From Octopus sinensis (Eukaryota), in the NCBI RefSeq assembly GCF_006345805.1, contig NC_042997.1, forward strand, positions 110,856,001-110,920,000: 64,000 bases of DNA. The letters run 5' to 3'. Positions within the stretch are counted from its first letter, which is position 1; the number at the start of each line of letters is the position of its first letter. A program made the position numbers and the translations under genes. The notes under the pieces were generated by a model. That model did no database searches and was not told where the DNA came from. It was given only the letters and a program-made list of their open reading frames with translations. Shown piece by piece: positions 26,735-38,782 of this stretch.

Positions 26735-27672
26735 CAACTGCCATTCAGTAACAACTTTAGCTGTGTGAATTGGTGCATTATCAACCTGAAACAGTTCCAC
26801 AACCATAAAAGGAATTTAATTAGTTGAAATGCTTAAATAGTCTTGACTATTAATTCTGCCACAAAGGGAAACCATTGGGCCAAAAGATTTCCAAGATATA
26901 ACCTTCCCCCAGATCATCACAGATCCTTCTCCATGTTTAACAGTTGGAAGAAGGCAGTCTGAGTCAAATGCTTCTTTTCGCTGTCTCCACACGTATACTT
27001 GGCCAGTGGTCGGAAATAAGGTAAAGGATGACTCGTCTGAGAAAATAACATTCTTCCACTGCTCTAGGGACCAACTGTATAGGTTTTTATTCCACTCTAA
27101 ATACTTTACAACATTTGTTTTTGAAAGTAGTGGTTTTCTGATTGCAGCCCTCCCATAAAATCCGGTTTTGTGCAACTCCCAGCAAACAGTTTTTTTGGAA
27201 ACTGGATTCTCAAGGTTGTCATTAAGCTCTGCAGTAATTTTGAGAGCTGTACTTTTGTGTGCCTTTCTAACAATTCGAATAAAGGACCAGCGGTCCCTAT
27301 CTTAAAGTTTTGGTTTTCTTCCGGAGTTTTGTTTCAACAAGGAGGTTTTTACCCTCTTTCTCAAAGGCTGTCATTACTTTCAAGACAGTACTTCTTGATA
27401 CACCAAACATTTTGGCTGTTTTCGTTATGCTAGCACCCGCCATAAAAGCACCAACAATTTGACCTCTTTGAAAATCCAATAGATCTGTCATTTGAATGAA
27501 TTTTAATTACCTTTTTCTGATGATATCTGAAAAGAAACAGCAATTTTAGCAAAACATATTAAGGAACACTAATAATAAATCAAAAAACATAAAAATAAAC
27601 AAGCTTTTGATGATTTTATAGATATTTCAAAATTATGATGCTAGGTGTTTCCATTATTTTGTCCAATCTCTG
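26735..27672 (-). mobile_element. Truncated Tc1 transposon
   Basis: MTDLLDFQRGQIVGA...FGVSRSTV (HTH); RKPLLS...WKNVIFSDES...TVKHGEGSVMIWG; TIR TA-cagagattggacaaaataatggaaacacc. Confidence 0.9.
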
Positions 27673-29039
27673 TATATATATATATATATATTTGTAAGTA
27701 AGTTGTTGAAAGTCTATGTACCACGTCTTCACTTTTTAATCTTTTAACATAACAACACTTTAGTGCCAATCAATGGAAGCAAACAAAACTGCCAAACTAC
27801 ATAAATTCTCAACTGGGACTTCACGTATTTCTTTTTCTCTGATTATAATTACATTGTCAGGAAAATATAGCCACGGTTCCATGCATTTCAGTTCATGGGG
27901 AAATAATTTTGCTTGTTGCATGCTATGAAGCTTGCCCAGCAAATAGCGAATGGAGATGAGACATGTTACTTACTGAAAATGAAAACCAAGTTTGGAAAAT
28001 CAAAAATCGTTTTTTGTTCTTTTGTTCTGTTAATCAGTGTTGAAAATGTTAACCTTTGTAGCTTCAGTGTTTTCTGAGAAACCAGAATGATCTGATAAAA
28101 ATGAAAGTAGCCAATTTATTGGTAACTGAGTATACTGGAATGCATGAATGCTAATAATTGACAGTAATTTTGTAATTAAATAAATCATCCTCATTCAACG
28201 TCTGTTTTCCATGCTGGCATGGGTTGGACGGTTGGAGAGGAAATGGCAAGCTGGAAACCTAGACCAGGCTCCATTTGTCTGTTTTGGCCTGGTTTCTATG
28301 GCTGGACGCCCTTCCTAACAACACCAACCACTTTACAGAGTGGTCCCGGTGCTTTTTACATAGAACCATTTGTAATTAAATAAATCTCTATGTGAAGGGG
28401 TTAGGGGATTCTCTATGGCTTATGGGTTAGGGGATTCAGCTTGAAATTGTAAGGCTTTGAGTTTGATTCCCAGCAGCCGTTGTGTCCTTGAGCAAGGCAC
28501 TCGCTGGTTAACCCTGTAACAGACTGTTGTTCTGTTCCAGCAGAATGTTGGTCTGCCTGCCGAGCCAGCAGAGTGATCATCATCATTATCATTGTTTAAC
28601 ATCCGTTTTCATGCTAGCATGGGTTGGACGGTTCGACCGTGGTCTGGGAAGTCAGGACGCTGTGCCAGGCTCCAGTTTGATCTACAAAAACTAAAACAAT
28701 GCAAGGAAGCACATTGTGATCAGCAGTGTATAACACCTGATAGTCTGGTCAATACAGTGACTGTGATATGTATACACGTGTGTGTGTGTGTATGTCTGTC
28801 CGTCCCCTTGTATTGTCGTTGTGTGATTGTTGTAAACGAATGTCATTCATTTCCAATACTCTGCAAAAACATGTCTGGCCTGGGGAAAATCTTAAACTTG
28901 TTTGGAAACAGACGAGCATTGTTTCCAAGAAGTGTCATCGAATCAGAGTTGGTGGTCTCAGGTGGGTTGGTATGAAAAGGGGTTAAATGTCACTGTCTCC
29001 ATTCATCTCTAAATGTTTTTCTTTCTAAATCTCTTTCAG

Positions 29040-29660
29040 GTCACATACCAACTAAAAATACTGACCACAGCCATGTTCTCGGTATTTATGTTGAACAAAA
29101 AACTTAGTCGTATGCAATGGGCCTCACTGGTCATCTTGTTCATGGGGGTCTCATTCGTGCAACTCCAACCGGCATCATCTACAAAGTCTGCTGATTCGAC
29201 AACACAACAGCAACCCCTAAAAGGGCTCATTGCTGTAATCATCTCCTGTATAATGTCTGGTTTTGCTGGAGTCTACTTTGAAAAAATCCTCAAAGGAACC
29301 AAACCAAATTTATGGCTTCGCAATGTTCAACTTGGCTTTCTAGGAACCATCATTGGATTAATCACAATGGAAATAAAAGACGGATTCCAAGTGAAAGAGA
29401 AAGGATTCTTCTTTGGTTACGACTGGGTTGTGTGGTTAGCAATTTGTTTACAGTCATTTGGTGGTCTTTTAGTAGCCGTAGTAGTGAAATACGCTGACAA
29501 TATTTTAAAAGGCTTCGCTACATCAGCAGCTATCATTATATCATGCATTGTTTCCATATATTTCTTTGACTTCCAGCTAACCATACAGTTTGTAACGGGA
29601 GCTACTTTAGTCATTTGTTCTGTCTATATGTACAGCAAATACGCAATTGTGACCCAGTAA
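29040..29660 (+). CDS. SLC35A2: UDP-galactose translocator, last coding exon (VTYQLKILTTA...SGFAGVYFEKILK...VVKYADNILKGFATS...SKYAIVTQ*)
   Basis: Polypyrimidine acceptor ctctttcAG at 29038-39, phase 0, joins the previous exon as AATYQ|VTYQLK. SLC35A motifs are intact; TAA stop at 29658-60. Confidence 0.95.
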   Translation, partial: VTYQLKILTTAMFSVFMLNKKLSRMQWASLVILFMGVSFVQLQPASSTKSADSTTQQQPLKGLIAVIISCIMSGFAGVYFEKILKGTKPNLWLRNVQLGFLGTIIGLITMEIKDGFQVKEKGFFFGYDWVVWLAICLQSFGGLLVAVVVKYADNILKGFATSAAIIISCIVSIYFFDFQLTIQFVTGATLVICSVYMYSKYAIVTQ

Positions 29661-30017
29661 ACCGATGACAATGACAATCAGTTGTTAACAACAAACACAA
29701 AGGCATTTTTTTTATTTATTAAAACAGAAAAATAATGTGTTCATGGGGATATTGTATGGTGGGAAGACTTTTTCAGTGGCCATTGCATGATGGGAAGACA
29801 TTTTTTAAATGTTTTTTTTTTTCATAATGAAACTTCTGGAAGAAGAAAATGAAAAGGCAAAGACTTCATTTATTATTAATTGACAACAATTACATGCGAT
29901 AAAAATAATTAGCTCTATTAAAAATCTCTCCTCAATTAGGTGATACATCGTCTCACATGATCCCAGCATTTATGCCAACTTGACAACTTCGTGTGTGTGT
30001 GTATGTATATATATATA

Positions 30018-31290
30018 TAATTTTAATCCAAACGGGAAACAAAAAAACAACAACAATGGAACAATTACAGTATTATTATTAATAGGCGCTCAGGAAATGG
30101 AAGCAGGGAGGTATGACGTTTCGAGCGGAGCTCTTCGTCGGAAACATAAAGAAGGAAGAGAGAGGAAAGAAAGATCCCAGAGCGGGCAACAGGGAAAGAG
30201 AAAAAAGACGCAACAGATGTGTGTGTATGTGTGAGTGTGTGCGTGTGTGTATGTGTGTGTGTGAGGCGAGATGAAAAAACAAAAAAATATGTGTGTGTTA
30301 GTGTGTGCGTCTGTGTGTAGGCGTGTGAGGTAGGGCGAGTCAGTGGTCAGCTTAGCAGACAAAGGTCAGTAGTAAGAAAAAGAAGGAAGGAGGAAGGGAG
30401 GGAGGGGAAGGGGTGGGGGCGTATGTAGCGTGCCAGCGTGTGTTGAGTAGTAGTGTGTGTGTGTGTCCAGTGTCGTGGTGGTATAAATGGCGAGTAGATT
30501 GAATGTGTGTAAGAGTAATGTATATATTTAAGCAATGTGTGTATATGTGTGCGCGTGTGTGTAACGAAAAAGGGGGGGGGTTAAGGAAAAAGGACTCCAG
30601 CTGAGGGGAAGATGGAAGAGTGGTCCCGCGGAGGCGGGCGTGGGAAAACCCAACGACACGCGACGGTCCCAGGAACGGGCGGGAGGTCTTGTCGGTTCCA
30701 AGAGCGAGGTGCCTGCGGAGCGTATGCGTGCGTGAACCGGCGCAAGCGCGTGCGTGCGCGCGCCTGCGAGTATGTGCGTAAGTATGTATGTGTGTGGATG
30801 TGTGAGTGTGTCTGTGTGTATGTCCGGGTGGCAGTGTGTCCGATGAATGTATGTGTGTATGTATGTGTGTGCATAGATGTATGTCCGTGTGTGTGTGTGT
30901 ATGTGTGTGAGTGTGTATGTATGTACGTGTGGGTGTGGGGAAGTGTGTGTATGTGCATGTGTGTGCGCGTACATACAGGTGTGTGAGTTAGTGTGTGTAG
31001 GATGCATGTATGTGTATGGGTGTATGTATGCGTGTGTGTATGTATGTGTACGTGCGTGTGTGTGTATGCGTGTAGGTGTGCGCGTGTGCATGCATGCATG
31101 CATGCATGCATGTGCGTATGTGTGTGTGTGTGTGCATGTGTGTGGGTATATATGTATGTGCGTATATGTGTGTGTATGTGCGTACATGTGTATATATATA
31201 TAGTTAATCCAAACAAGAAAACACAGAAAAAAAACACAGCAACGCGAGGACGTGGAACAATTAAAGTATTATTAGACGCTCAGGAAAGAA
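30018..31290 (-). mobile_element. Degenerate Penelope-like element 3' end filled with (CA/TG)n low-complexity sequence
   Basis: Diverged direct repeats at 30020-30100 and 31203-31290 (ttaatccaaac...tggaacaatta.agtattatta...gcgctcaggaaa). HHR-like CCGACGA-a-GAGC(ucc)GCUC-GAAA-CG-UC at 30111-30147 minus, with weak stem I. GC-rich 30630-30720 gives RQDL...GTVA, reminiscent of PLE C-termini. Confidence 0.5.
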
Positions 31291-32642
31291 GGGAATATAT
31301 ATATATATATATAGGTGCAGATATGGCTCTGTGGTAAAAAGTTTATCTCCCAAACACTTGATTCCAGGTTCAGTCCCACTGTGTGGCACTGTGGGCTAAC
31401 CAAAGCTTTGTGAGTGGATTTGGTTGATGGAAACTGAAAGAAGCCTATTGTGTGTGTGTGTATGTTTACATCTTTGTGTCTGTGTCTGCCCCTTCTACCA
31501 TTTGACAACTGGTGTTGGTTTGTTTACATCCCTGTGACCTAGCAGTTTAGCAAGAGAGACCAGTAGAATGATTACCAGGCTTTAAAAAAAGTAAGTACTG
31601 GGGTTGATATGTCTGAATAAAATGCTTCAAGGCGATGCCCCAGCATGGCCACAGTCTGACTGAAACAAGTAAATGAATTATAAAGAAACCGTCCATTCCA
31701 TGCCAGTGTGGAAGGATGACATTAAACGACGATGGTGAATGTGATATATAAATTATCTTTCATTTATCTAGAATACCTCATAGTTCCCCCTCTTTCTCAA
31801 CATGACTAAAAATTATCATCATCATCTGTTTTCCCTGCTGGCATGGGTTGGATGGTTCCATAGGAACTGGTAAGGCTGAGAGCTGCACCAGGTTCCATAG
31901 CCTGTTCTGGCATGGTTTCTGTAGCTGGAGGCCCTTCCTAATGCCAACCACTTTATAGATTGGACTGGGTACTTTCTAAATGGCACCAACACCAGTGAGG
32001 TCTGTCTTGGCATGGTTTCCACAGCTGGAGGCCCTTCCTAATGCCAACCACTTTATATATTGGACTGGGTGCTTTTTACATGGCACCAGCACCGACAGGC
32101 TCACCAAGTTCTTACAAGACAAAACCCCTCAAGTAGAGGTGGGGCCTAGTATTGAGGGCATGGCACTGGCCAGATTGTTAGCCTAGCTTTATGATATCAT
32201 GAACATAAATGACACACATTTATAGTCCCGATTTTATTTACCTGGATGAGTTCATCTCAGGCACAGCCAAATGCCGATCACCTCTGTCCTTTGTCATCTG
32301 ATGATCTTCTTTCACCCCTTCATCCTACATCCTCCTCCTGGGTCTTGCTCTTCCACAAGTTCTCTCCAAATTCAGCAATTGGCATTTCTTCATGCTGCTG
32401 CCTTCATCCACATGCATCACGTAAACATAATACGTTTGATGCCTGTTATACCGAATTTTTTTTTTCTCATCACATTTACACTTCATTATACATCTTCACT
32501 GACATAGTGCATGCTGGCTTCATTTCTTTTAAGCCTTCACATGTCCTCTGAAGTTACATCTCATGTTTCACTACCATGTAGCAGAGCTGTTCAAACTCAA
32601 GTGTCATACAATCTGCTTTTGACTCTGAGGAAGAAACATTTT

Positions 32643-33114
32643 TACATTATTTACATTTGATGGATATTTGTCCTCATCTTGTTTGTTGTTAACACAATGT
32701 TTCGGCTGATATACCCTCCAGCTTTCATCAGGTATCTTGGGGAAATTTCAAACCTAGGTTCTCATTCCTAAGGTATTTTTCGATGTCATTATTATTTAGC
32801 TCACTGCCTGGAATTGAACTTGGAATCCTGGAGTTAGTAGCCTGTGCTCTTAAACACTACGCCAAGATTCCAAGTTCGATTCCAGGCAGTGACTTGAATA
32901 ATAATGATAGTAATGATGATAATAATAATGATAATAATAACATTGAAAAATACCTTAGGAATGAGAACCCTGGTTCAAAATTTCCCCAAGACACCTGATG
33001 AAGGCTGGAGGGTATATCAGCCGAAACGTTGTGTTAACAACAAACAAGATGAGGACAATATCTGTCAAATGTAAATTATGTACATAATTCCTCATCTCTT
33101 AAATATTGAACTGT
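32643..33114. mobile_element. Family A hammerhead SINE, head-to-head palindrome inserted in an RTE relic
   Basis: Arms 32643-32862 (minus, no tail) and 32863-33114 (plus, with tail). Flanked by TSD-like aagaaacatttt / aaggaacatttt. Confidence 0.9.
32990..33035 (+). ncRNA. Minimal type I hammerhead ribozyme motif (family A)
   Basis: GACAC-CUGAUGA-A-GGCUG(gagggtatat)CAGCC-GAAA-CG-UU^GUGUU: stem I GACAC/GUGUU, stem II GGCUG/CAGCC, loopless palindromic stem III (AACGUU). Predicted cut after 33030. Confidence 0.75.
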
Positions 33115-34078
33115 AAGGAACATTTTGTTACCAACAAAGGACAACTTTTCCCAGCTGGTTTTTATTTGAGCAACTATGATTTCAGAGCATCCTCCTCCAT
33201 AGTTAATTTGGTCACCTAGGTAACAGAAACTATCTACTACCTCCAAGGATACCTCTGGGCATTAGGGGAAATCTATTTCCTGTGTATTGTTGGTGTTTAT
33301 TTTTCCTGCACCTCTTATGTGTCCATAGCCTTCACAGGGTATACAGTATGGAATTTCTACCTTCATCTTTTCTCCATATCAAGCAGAGATATTTCACTGA
33401 AGGGATTAGAGATTTGTCTGCTTTCCTGCTCACTAGTACTTTGGTCTTTGCTAGATTAACTCTAGCTTAGAGTTAATAATCTTAGTGTCTAAAGCCCTTT
33501 GATTCTAGGCCTTGGTTCTACATCTGGAATTTCTTCTCTAATTCTACTATAGATTCAGCAAGCTCCTGTGGGTTTTAAATTCCTCTGTTACTGTTATAGC
33601 CTGGAGAACTACAATAAGCAAGAGGGGTCTGAGAACCAAGTCTTGGTGAATTCTTATCTGCCACCTTACTTCCAGCACCCCTGTACAAGGCTTGGATGGC
33701 TCTCACCATCCACTCATCTACCACTAGCTTCCACAGCAACCAGCAGATGAGGGAGTGAGGGACCCTATCAAACACTTTTCCATGTCAACAAATATCAAGT
33801 ACAGCAGTTTAGTTTTGGCTAAACACATCTCTTGCAGTTGCCTTATGAGGAAGCTGCATCAGTCGTGCTTCTCCTTAGCACCAAACTGCATCTGCAGTGT
33901 TAATAAAGTAACTATATATATATATATATGCAAATATGTATATATGTACATTATACATATACATGTATTATGTGTGTGTTTGTGTATATATATAGACACA
34001 CGTGTGTATGTGTGTATATATATATATATATTTATTTATGTGTGTGTATTTATGTATGTATATATATATGTATGTATG

Positions 34079-34109
<31 letters not shown>

Positions 34110-34784
34110 ATAGCAGAATGGAACACATCTCATTCTCTAAGTTAGGATCAACGAAGATAAGAATGAACGTGGGCAACTAAGATAGAGAATGTTATACAGA
34201 TATATGTATGCACGTACTTTGAAGAGGATTGTTCATTTTGCGGGGAGGGGCCTTTGCTACAGTTTGTTACATGTTTCCCCATCATTCAACACATTGATTA
34301 CTTAATCAAAAGTTGGTCTTTTAATTATGTTTAATATGAATTAATATGGTAGGCTTTTTTTTTTTTTAGGAAGAGAAGGATATTTTCCAAATGTCTGTCG
34401 TTCAACTTTCTCTTCTAATAAAAATGAAAAAATACAAATTTTGGTGATAAAAAAATTTGAAGCGGTTAAATTTATCATGTGAGGGATTCCGATTTTGTAT
34501 GGTCCATGGTCTGTAATCTGTGGACAACATTGTATAGTTTTATGGTTTCTTTGATTGTTCAAATATATTTGAAGTCAATCACTGTTTGTAGAAATTTTTA
34601 AAATACAAAAAAAAAAAAAAAGAAAAAACCTGAAAGAGTGTGGTTTGAATCCATGAATCAGATGAATGATTGGAAAAGTGGAACGAAATAGGAACTGTGT
34701 GTGTGTAATAGATGTGTGTATGTGGCCCAGACCCTCTATTTGTTAATAGTTGACTTTGGTGTAAAATATGGAACTACATTTCGG

Positions 34785-34874
34785 AATAAAACTATTTTTA
34801 AAAAAATTACCTGCATATCAGAATTATTTTGTAATGTAATAAAATTTTAATACCTGACACCTTGTTTTAATAAA
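34785..34874 (+). terminator. Cluster of three AATAAA signals; candidate distal poly(A) site of SLC35A2
   Basis: AATAAA at 34785, 34838 and 34869, ending a non-repetitive U-rich 3'UTR-like block (34140-34900). Assignment to the gene is inference. Confidence 0.35.
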
Positions 34875-36049
34875 CTTTCATTGTTAATGTTACAATAATC
34901 ACTTGAAGCTCTCTCCACACACCACACACAAAATAACTGGCCTCCAAGGGTCTCCATCCACAGAGTCTCTTAATGTCTTTTTCTTTGGCTCAAGGTATCA
35001 GCTTATAATTTCTGGTCTCAACTTCACAGTCTTTGAACTATCATCATCATCATCATCATCTTCCATGCTCTTATGGATTGGATGGTTTGACAGGATCCAA
35101 AAGATCAAATGATTGGATTCTACTCCAATGTCCATTTTGACATGGTTTCCACAGATGGATGCCCAGCCTAATGCCAACCACTTTACAGAGTGGACTGGTC
35201 ACATTTTTTTTCCTGACACCAGTGCTTGTGAGGTCACCATGCACCTTTCAAGATAAAGGTTGCCTTTGACTGCGGCTACAGTTAGTAGAGGTGTAGATTT
35301 AGGCTAAGAGACAAGAGATTAAAGTGTGAAGGAAGAACTATCTTGGAAACAAATAATGGCAGCTCCTGTTGTCTGTTTTTGCCTGGTTTTTACGGCTTGC
35401 AGCCCTTCCTAATGCCAACCACTTTACAGAGTGTACTGGGTGCTTTTTATGTGACACCATCACCTGTTTAGTTATAGATTTTCTAACCATGATAAAGTAA
35501 AATCATTTTAAAGTAAAGTTCCAGGTAAGTAATGTTCCTCCTATATTCATCATTATCATCATTTAACATCCGCTTTCTATGCTGGCATGGGTTGGATGGT
35601 TTGACTGACGACTGGCAAACCAGGAGACTGCACCAGGCTCCAGTCTGATTTGGCAAGGTTTCTACAGCTGGATATTCTTCCTAACACCAACCACTCTGAG
35701 AGTGTAGTGGGTGCTTTTTATGTACCATCGGCACGGAGAACCAGTCGGGCAGCACTAGCATCGACCTCCGCTCAAATGGTGCTTATTACGTGCCACCAGC
35801 ACGGGTGCCAGTCAGGCGGCACTGGCCACGACTACGATTTCAATTTCACTTGACTCAACAGGTCTTCTCAAGCACATTGTAGTACCCGATGATTGAAGGG
35901 TACTTTTAAATGGGCCAATAATGCGACACTGGCATCGGCCATGGCTGAGATCTTATAGCTGTAAATGTGACTGATTAAGAAGCTTGCTTCCCAACTAAGA
36001 GGTCTTGGGTGTAAATGTACCATTTCTTTATAATTGAGTATCACAATGT

Positions 36050-36340
36050 GCTTCCCATTCTGTCTTAATTGTGCCTTTCTTTTCCATCTTGATCCAAATT
36101 GCTTGACCAAATCATCATCTGATCATTATGAAGGCCTTTTCTGATTTCTTGGATACCATTTGACAACTGCATGGCTCCACCTGTTGTATGTGAACCTTGC
36201 ATCATGTCTGGCTCAGCAGAACTTATGCTTTTGCTACTCTGCGATCACATTGTTTACTCCACTCCATTCCCTAATTATTATCTCATTCTGAATATCATTC
36301 TCTTAATGATATTCCTAGCATGGCCTTTTGCATCAGAGCC
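36050..36340 (-). mobile_element. Old RTE-clade C-terminal relic
   Basis: MLGISLRE..., NRWSHAVVKWYPRNQKRP, DDLVKQFGSRWKRKAQLR, with stops. Confidence 0.6.
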
Positions 36341-37611
36341 AATCAATGTTCTCTTTCTTTACAATGTGACCAAGAAATCATATTTCTTTAAGGGAGTATT
36401 TTTCGTTAAACTGAAAATCCAAAATTTTAGCTGCTTTTAAGGAATCAGACAAGTTCGCATTGGATTTGCTTTGTGTCTTGCAACAAATGATGATGGGATT
36501 GATGTGTGTATATTTTTCCTTTAGCATTTTAAACCCACTATGTTGGGCCAAAGTACTCTACCTGTTTTATGTTCAAACTGGCCAGATCCAGCCTCTCACA
36601 CCTACCCTACAATGTTATTCTAATAAACATACATGAACACATTTTTGATGCTACAAGATAGTTCAGGATTAATTCAAAGCAATATGAATAAGATCTCCTC
36701 CTCCTCCGATGCCCCCCTCCCCTCACGAAAGATTTTTTTGTGTCATGCAAGTTATCTGGTGACCCTGTCAGTGCAGGTGCCACATAAAAAGCACCCAGTC
36801 CACACTGTAAAGTGGTTGTTGTTTGGAAGGGCATCCAGTTGTAAAAATCCTGCCAAAACAGTTACAGAAGTCTGGCATAGGCTTCTTCGTGGCCAGCTCC
36901 TGTCAAATCATCCGACCCATGCCAGCATGGAAGGCAGACGTTAAATGATGATGATGGGGTGGGTGGAGGCTGACATTATTCCAGCAGTAAAACTGACATA
37001 CAAGGGATTACCAAGATCAATATGCAACGGCTGTATCAGACGTTACGATCTCCAATAATCTATAACTAAACAGGTGATGGTGTCACATAAAAAGCACCCA
37101 GCAGACACTCTGTGAAGTGGTTGGCATTAGGAAGGGCTGCAAGCCATAAAAACCAGGCAAAAACAGACAACAGGAGCTGCCAAAGATTGCAGGTAAGGGT
37201 TGAATGGTTTGGAAAAATCCCTTGTGCCACAGGATGATCTCCTGTACCAGTGCAAGCTTTGGCATGGTCTCCGTGGCAGGATGCCATTCTTAATGTCTCT
37301 TCCAGTTTTGAACCCCACTGAAGCCAACTTTACCTTTCATTCTTTCAGAGTTGATAAAATACCAGTTGAATACTGGGGTCAATGTAATCATCTAGACACC
37401 TCAAAATTTCCAGCCTCATGCCTATTACTGAAAGAATTATTATGGCAGTGGTTATAGGAAATTTTGCTGTGAACATTTTTGCCATAGGAAAATTCGCCAT
37501 AAATAGCTTCATCACGTTTTCTTAATGTTTGACATTGAATAAAAACTTGCCTATTTAATGCTTATTTAAAGAAATTTTATCATTCATTTATATTTTATTT
37601 TAAAAAATGCT

Positions 37612-37792
37612 GTTCTATATTTAAGAGATGAGGAATTATTTACATTATTTACATTTGACGGATATTTGTCCTCATCTTGTTTGTTGTTAACACAATGTTC
37701 CGGCTGATATACTCTCCAGCCATCATCAGGTGTCTTGGAGAAATTTTGAACCTGGGTTCTCATTCCTAAGGTATTTTTCGATGTTGTTGTTG

Positions 37793-37843
<51 letters not shown>

Positions 37844-38037
37844 TCCGAGTTCGATTCCAGGCAGTGACCTGAATAATAATAATAATAATAATAACATCGA
37901 AAAATACCTTAGGAATGAGAACTCAGGTTCAAAATTACCCCAAGACACCTGATGAAGGCTGGAGGGTATATCAGCCGAAACGTTGTGTTAACACCAAACA
38001 AGATGAGGATAAATATCCATCAAATGTAAATAATGTA
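37612..38037. mobile_element. Family A hammerhead SINE, head-to-head palindrome
   Basis: Arms 37612-37843 (minus, with tail) and 37844-38037 (plus, no tail; B box gagttcgattcc). TSD-like aaaaaatgct at 37602 and 38039. Confidence 0.9.
37944..37989 (+). ncRNA. Minimal type I hammerhead ribozyme motif (family A)
   Basis: Same sequence as 32990-33035. Confidence 0.75.
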
Positions 38038-38743
38038 AAAAAAATGCTACTATAATACGCTTTGTCACTGTCCATACAATGAATTTGTGTTGCAGTGAAT
38101 TTTCCAGATTCAGAAAGAAGTAAATCTGGCAGAATTATTAATGTTGGATAAAATGCTGAGCAACGTTTCTTCCAGCTGTTTCTATTCCAAGTTCAAATTC
38201 CACGAAGGTCAACTCTGCCTTTCATCCCTTTGGACTTGATGAAAGATGTTTTGCAGTTGAGCACTTTCGGGGTGATGTAATCAACTTTGCCCTCAGAATT
38301 GTTGGCCTTCAACTTGAATCTGAAATTAGGATTCTTTTTATGAACTTAATTGATTAAACAAAGTTATTGCCAGCAGATGTCACTAGTGTCAGCTTGCAAG
38401 ATTGATCATGTGACTGACAGTGGATGTAGGAGGAGAGGGTGGAGGAAACAACAGGAAAACTAGCAAAGTCAGTCGAGATTGAATTATACCATTGAAGACC
38501 CAAATAATGATTATTTACAATAAAGTTGGGTTTTTTTAGTCAATCTGTGGAATATGATATCACATAAGATTACAAGCTGTGAGTTTATAACAATAAAAAT
38601 ATGCAGGAGTGGGTGTGTAATTGAGAAGATCATAGGTTCAATCCCATTGAAAGGTAACTCGAGAAAGTGTGTTGTACTACTGCCACAGGCTGACCAAAGC
38701 CTTGTGAGTGGATTTAGTTGATGGAAACTGAAAGAAACCAGTC

Positions 38744-38782
<39 letters not shown>

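Larger units (their letters stand above)
32230..33905 (-). mobile_element. Degenerate RTE LINE interrupted by the family A palindrome
   Basis: FDRVPHSLICWLLWKLVVDEWMVRAIQALY and later RTE motifs on both sides of 32643-33114. Confidence 0.8.

Noticed and set aside
30528-31337. Long His/Thr- or Cys/Val-rich ORFs (also 22516-23103, 33755-34180, 55544-55852, 62358-62583)
   Set aside because: Translations of (CA/TG)n and (TA)n microsatellites that lack stop codons.
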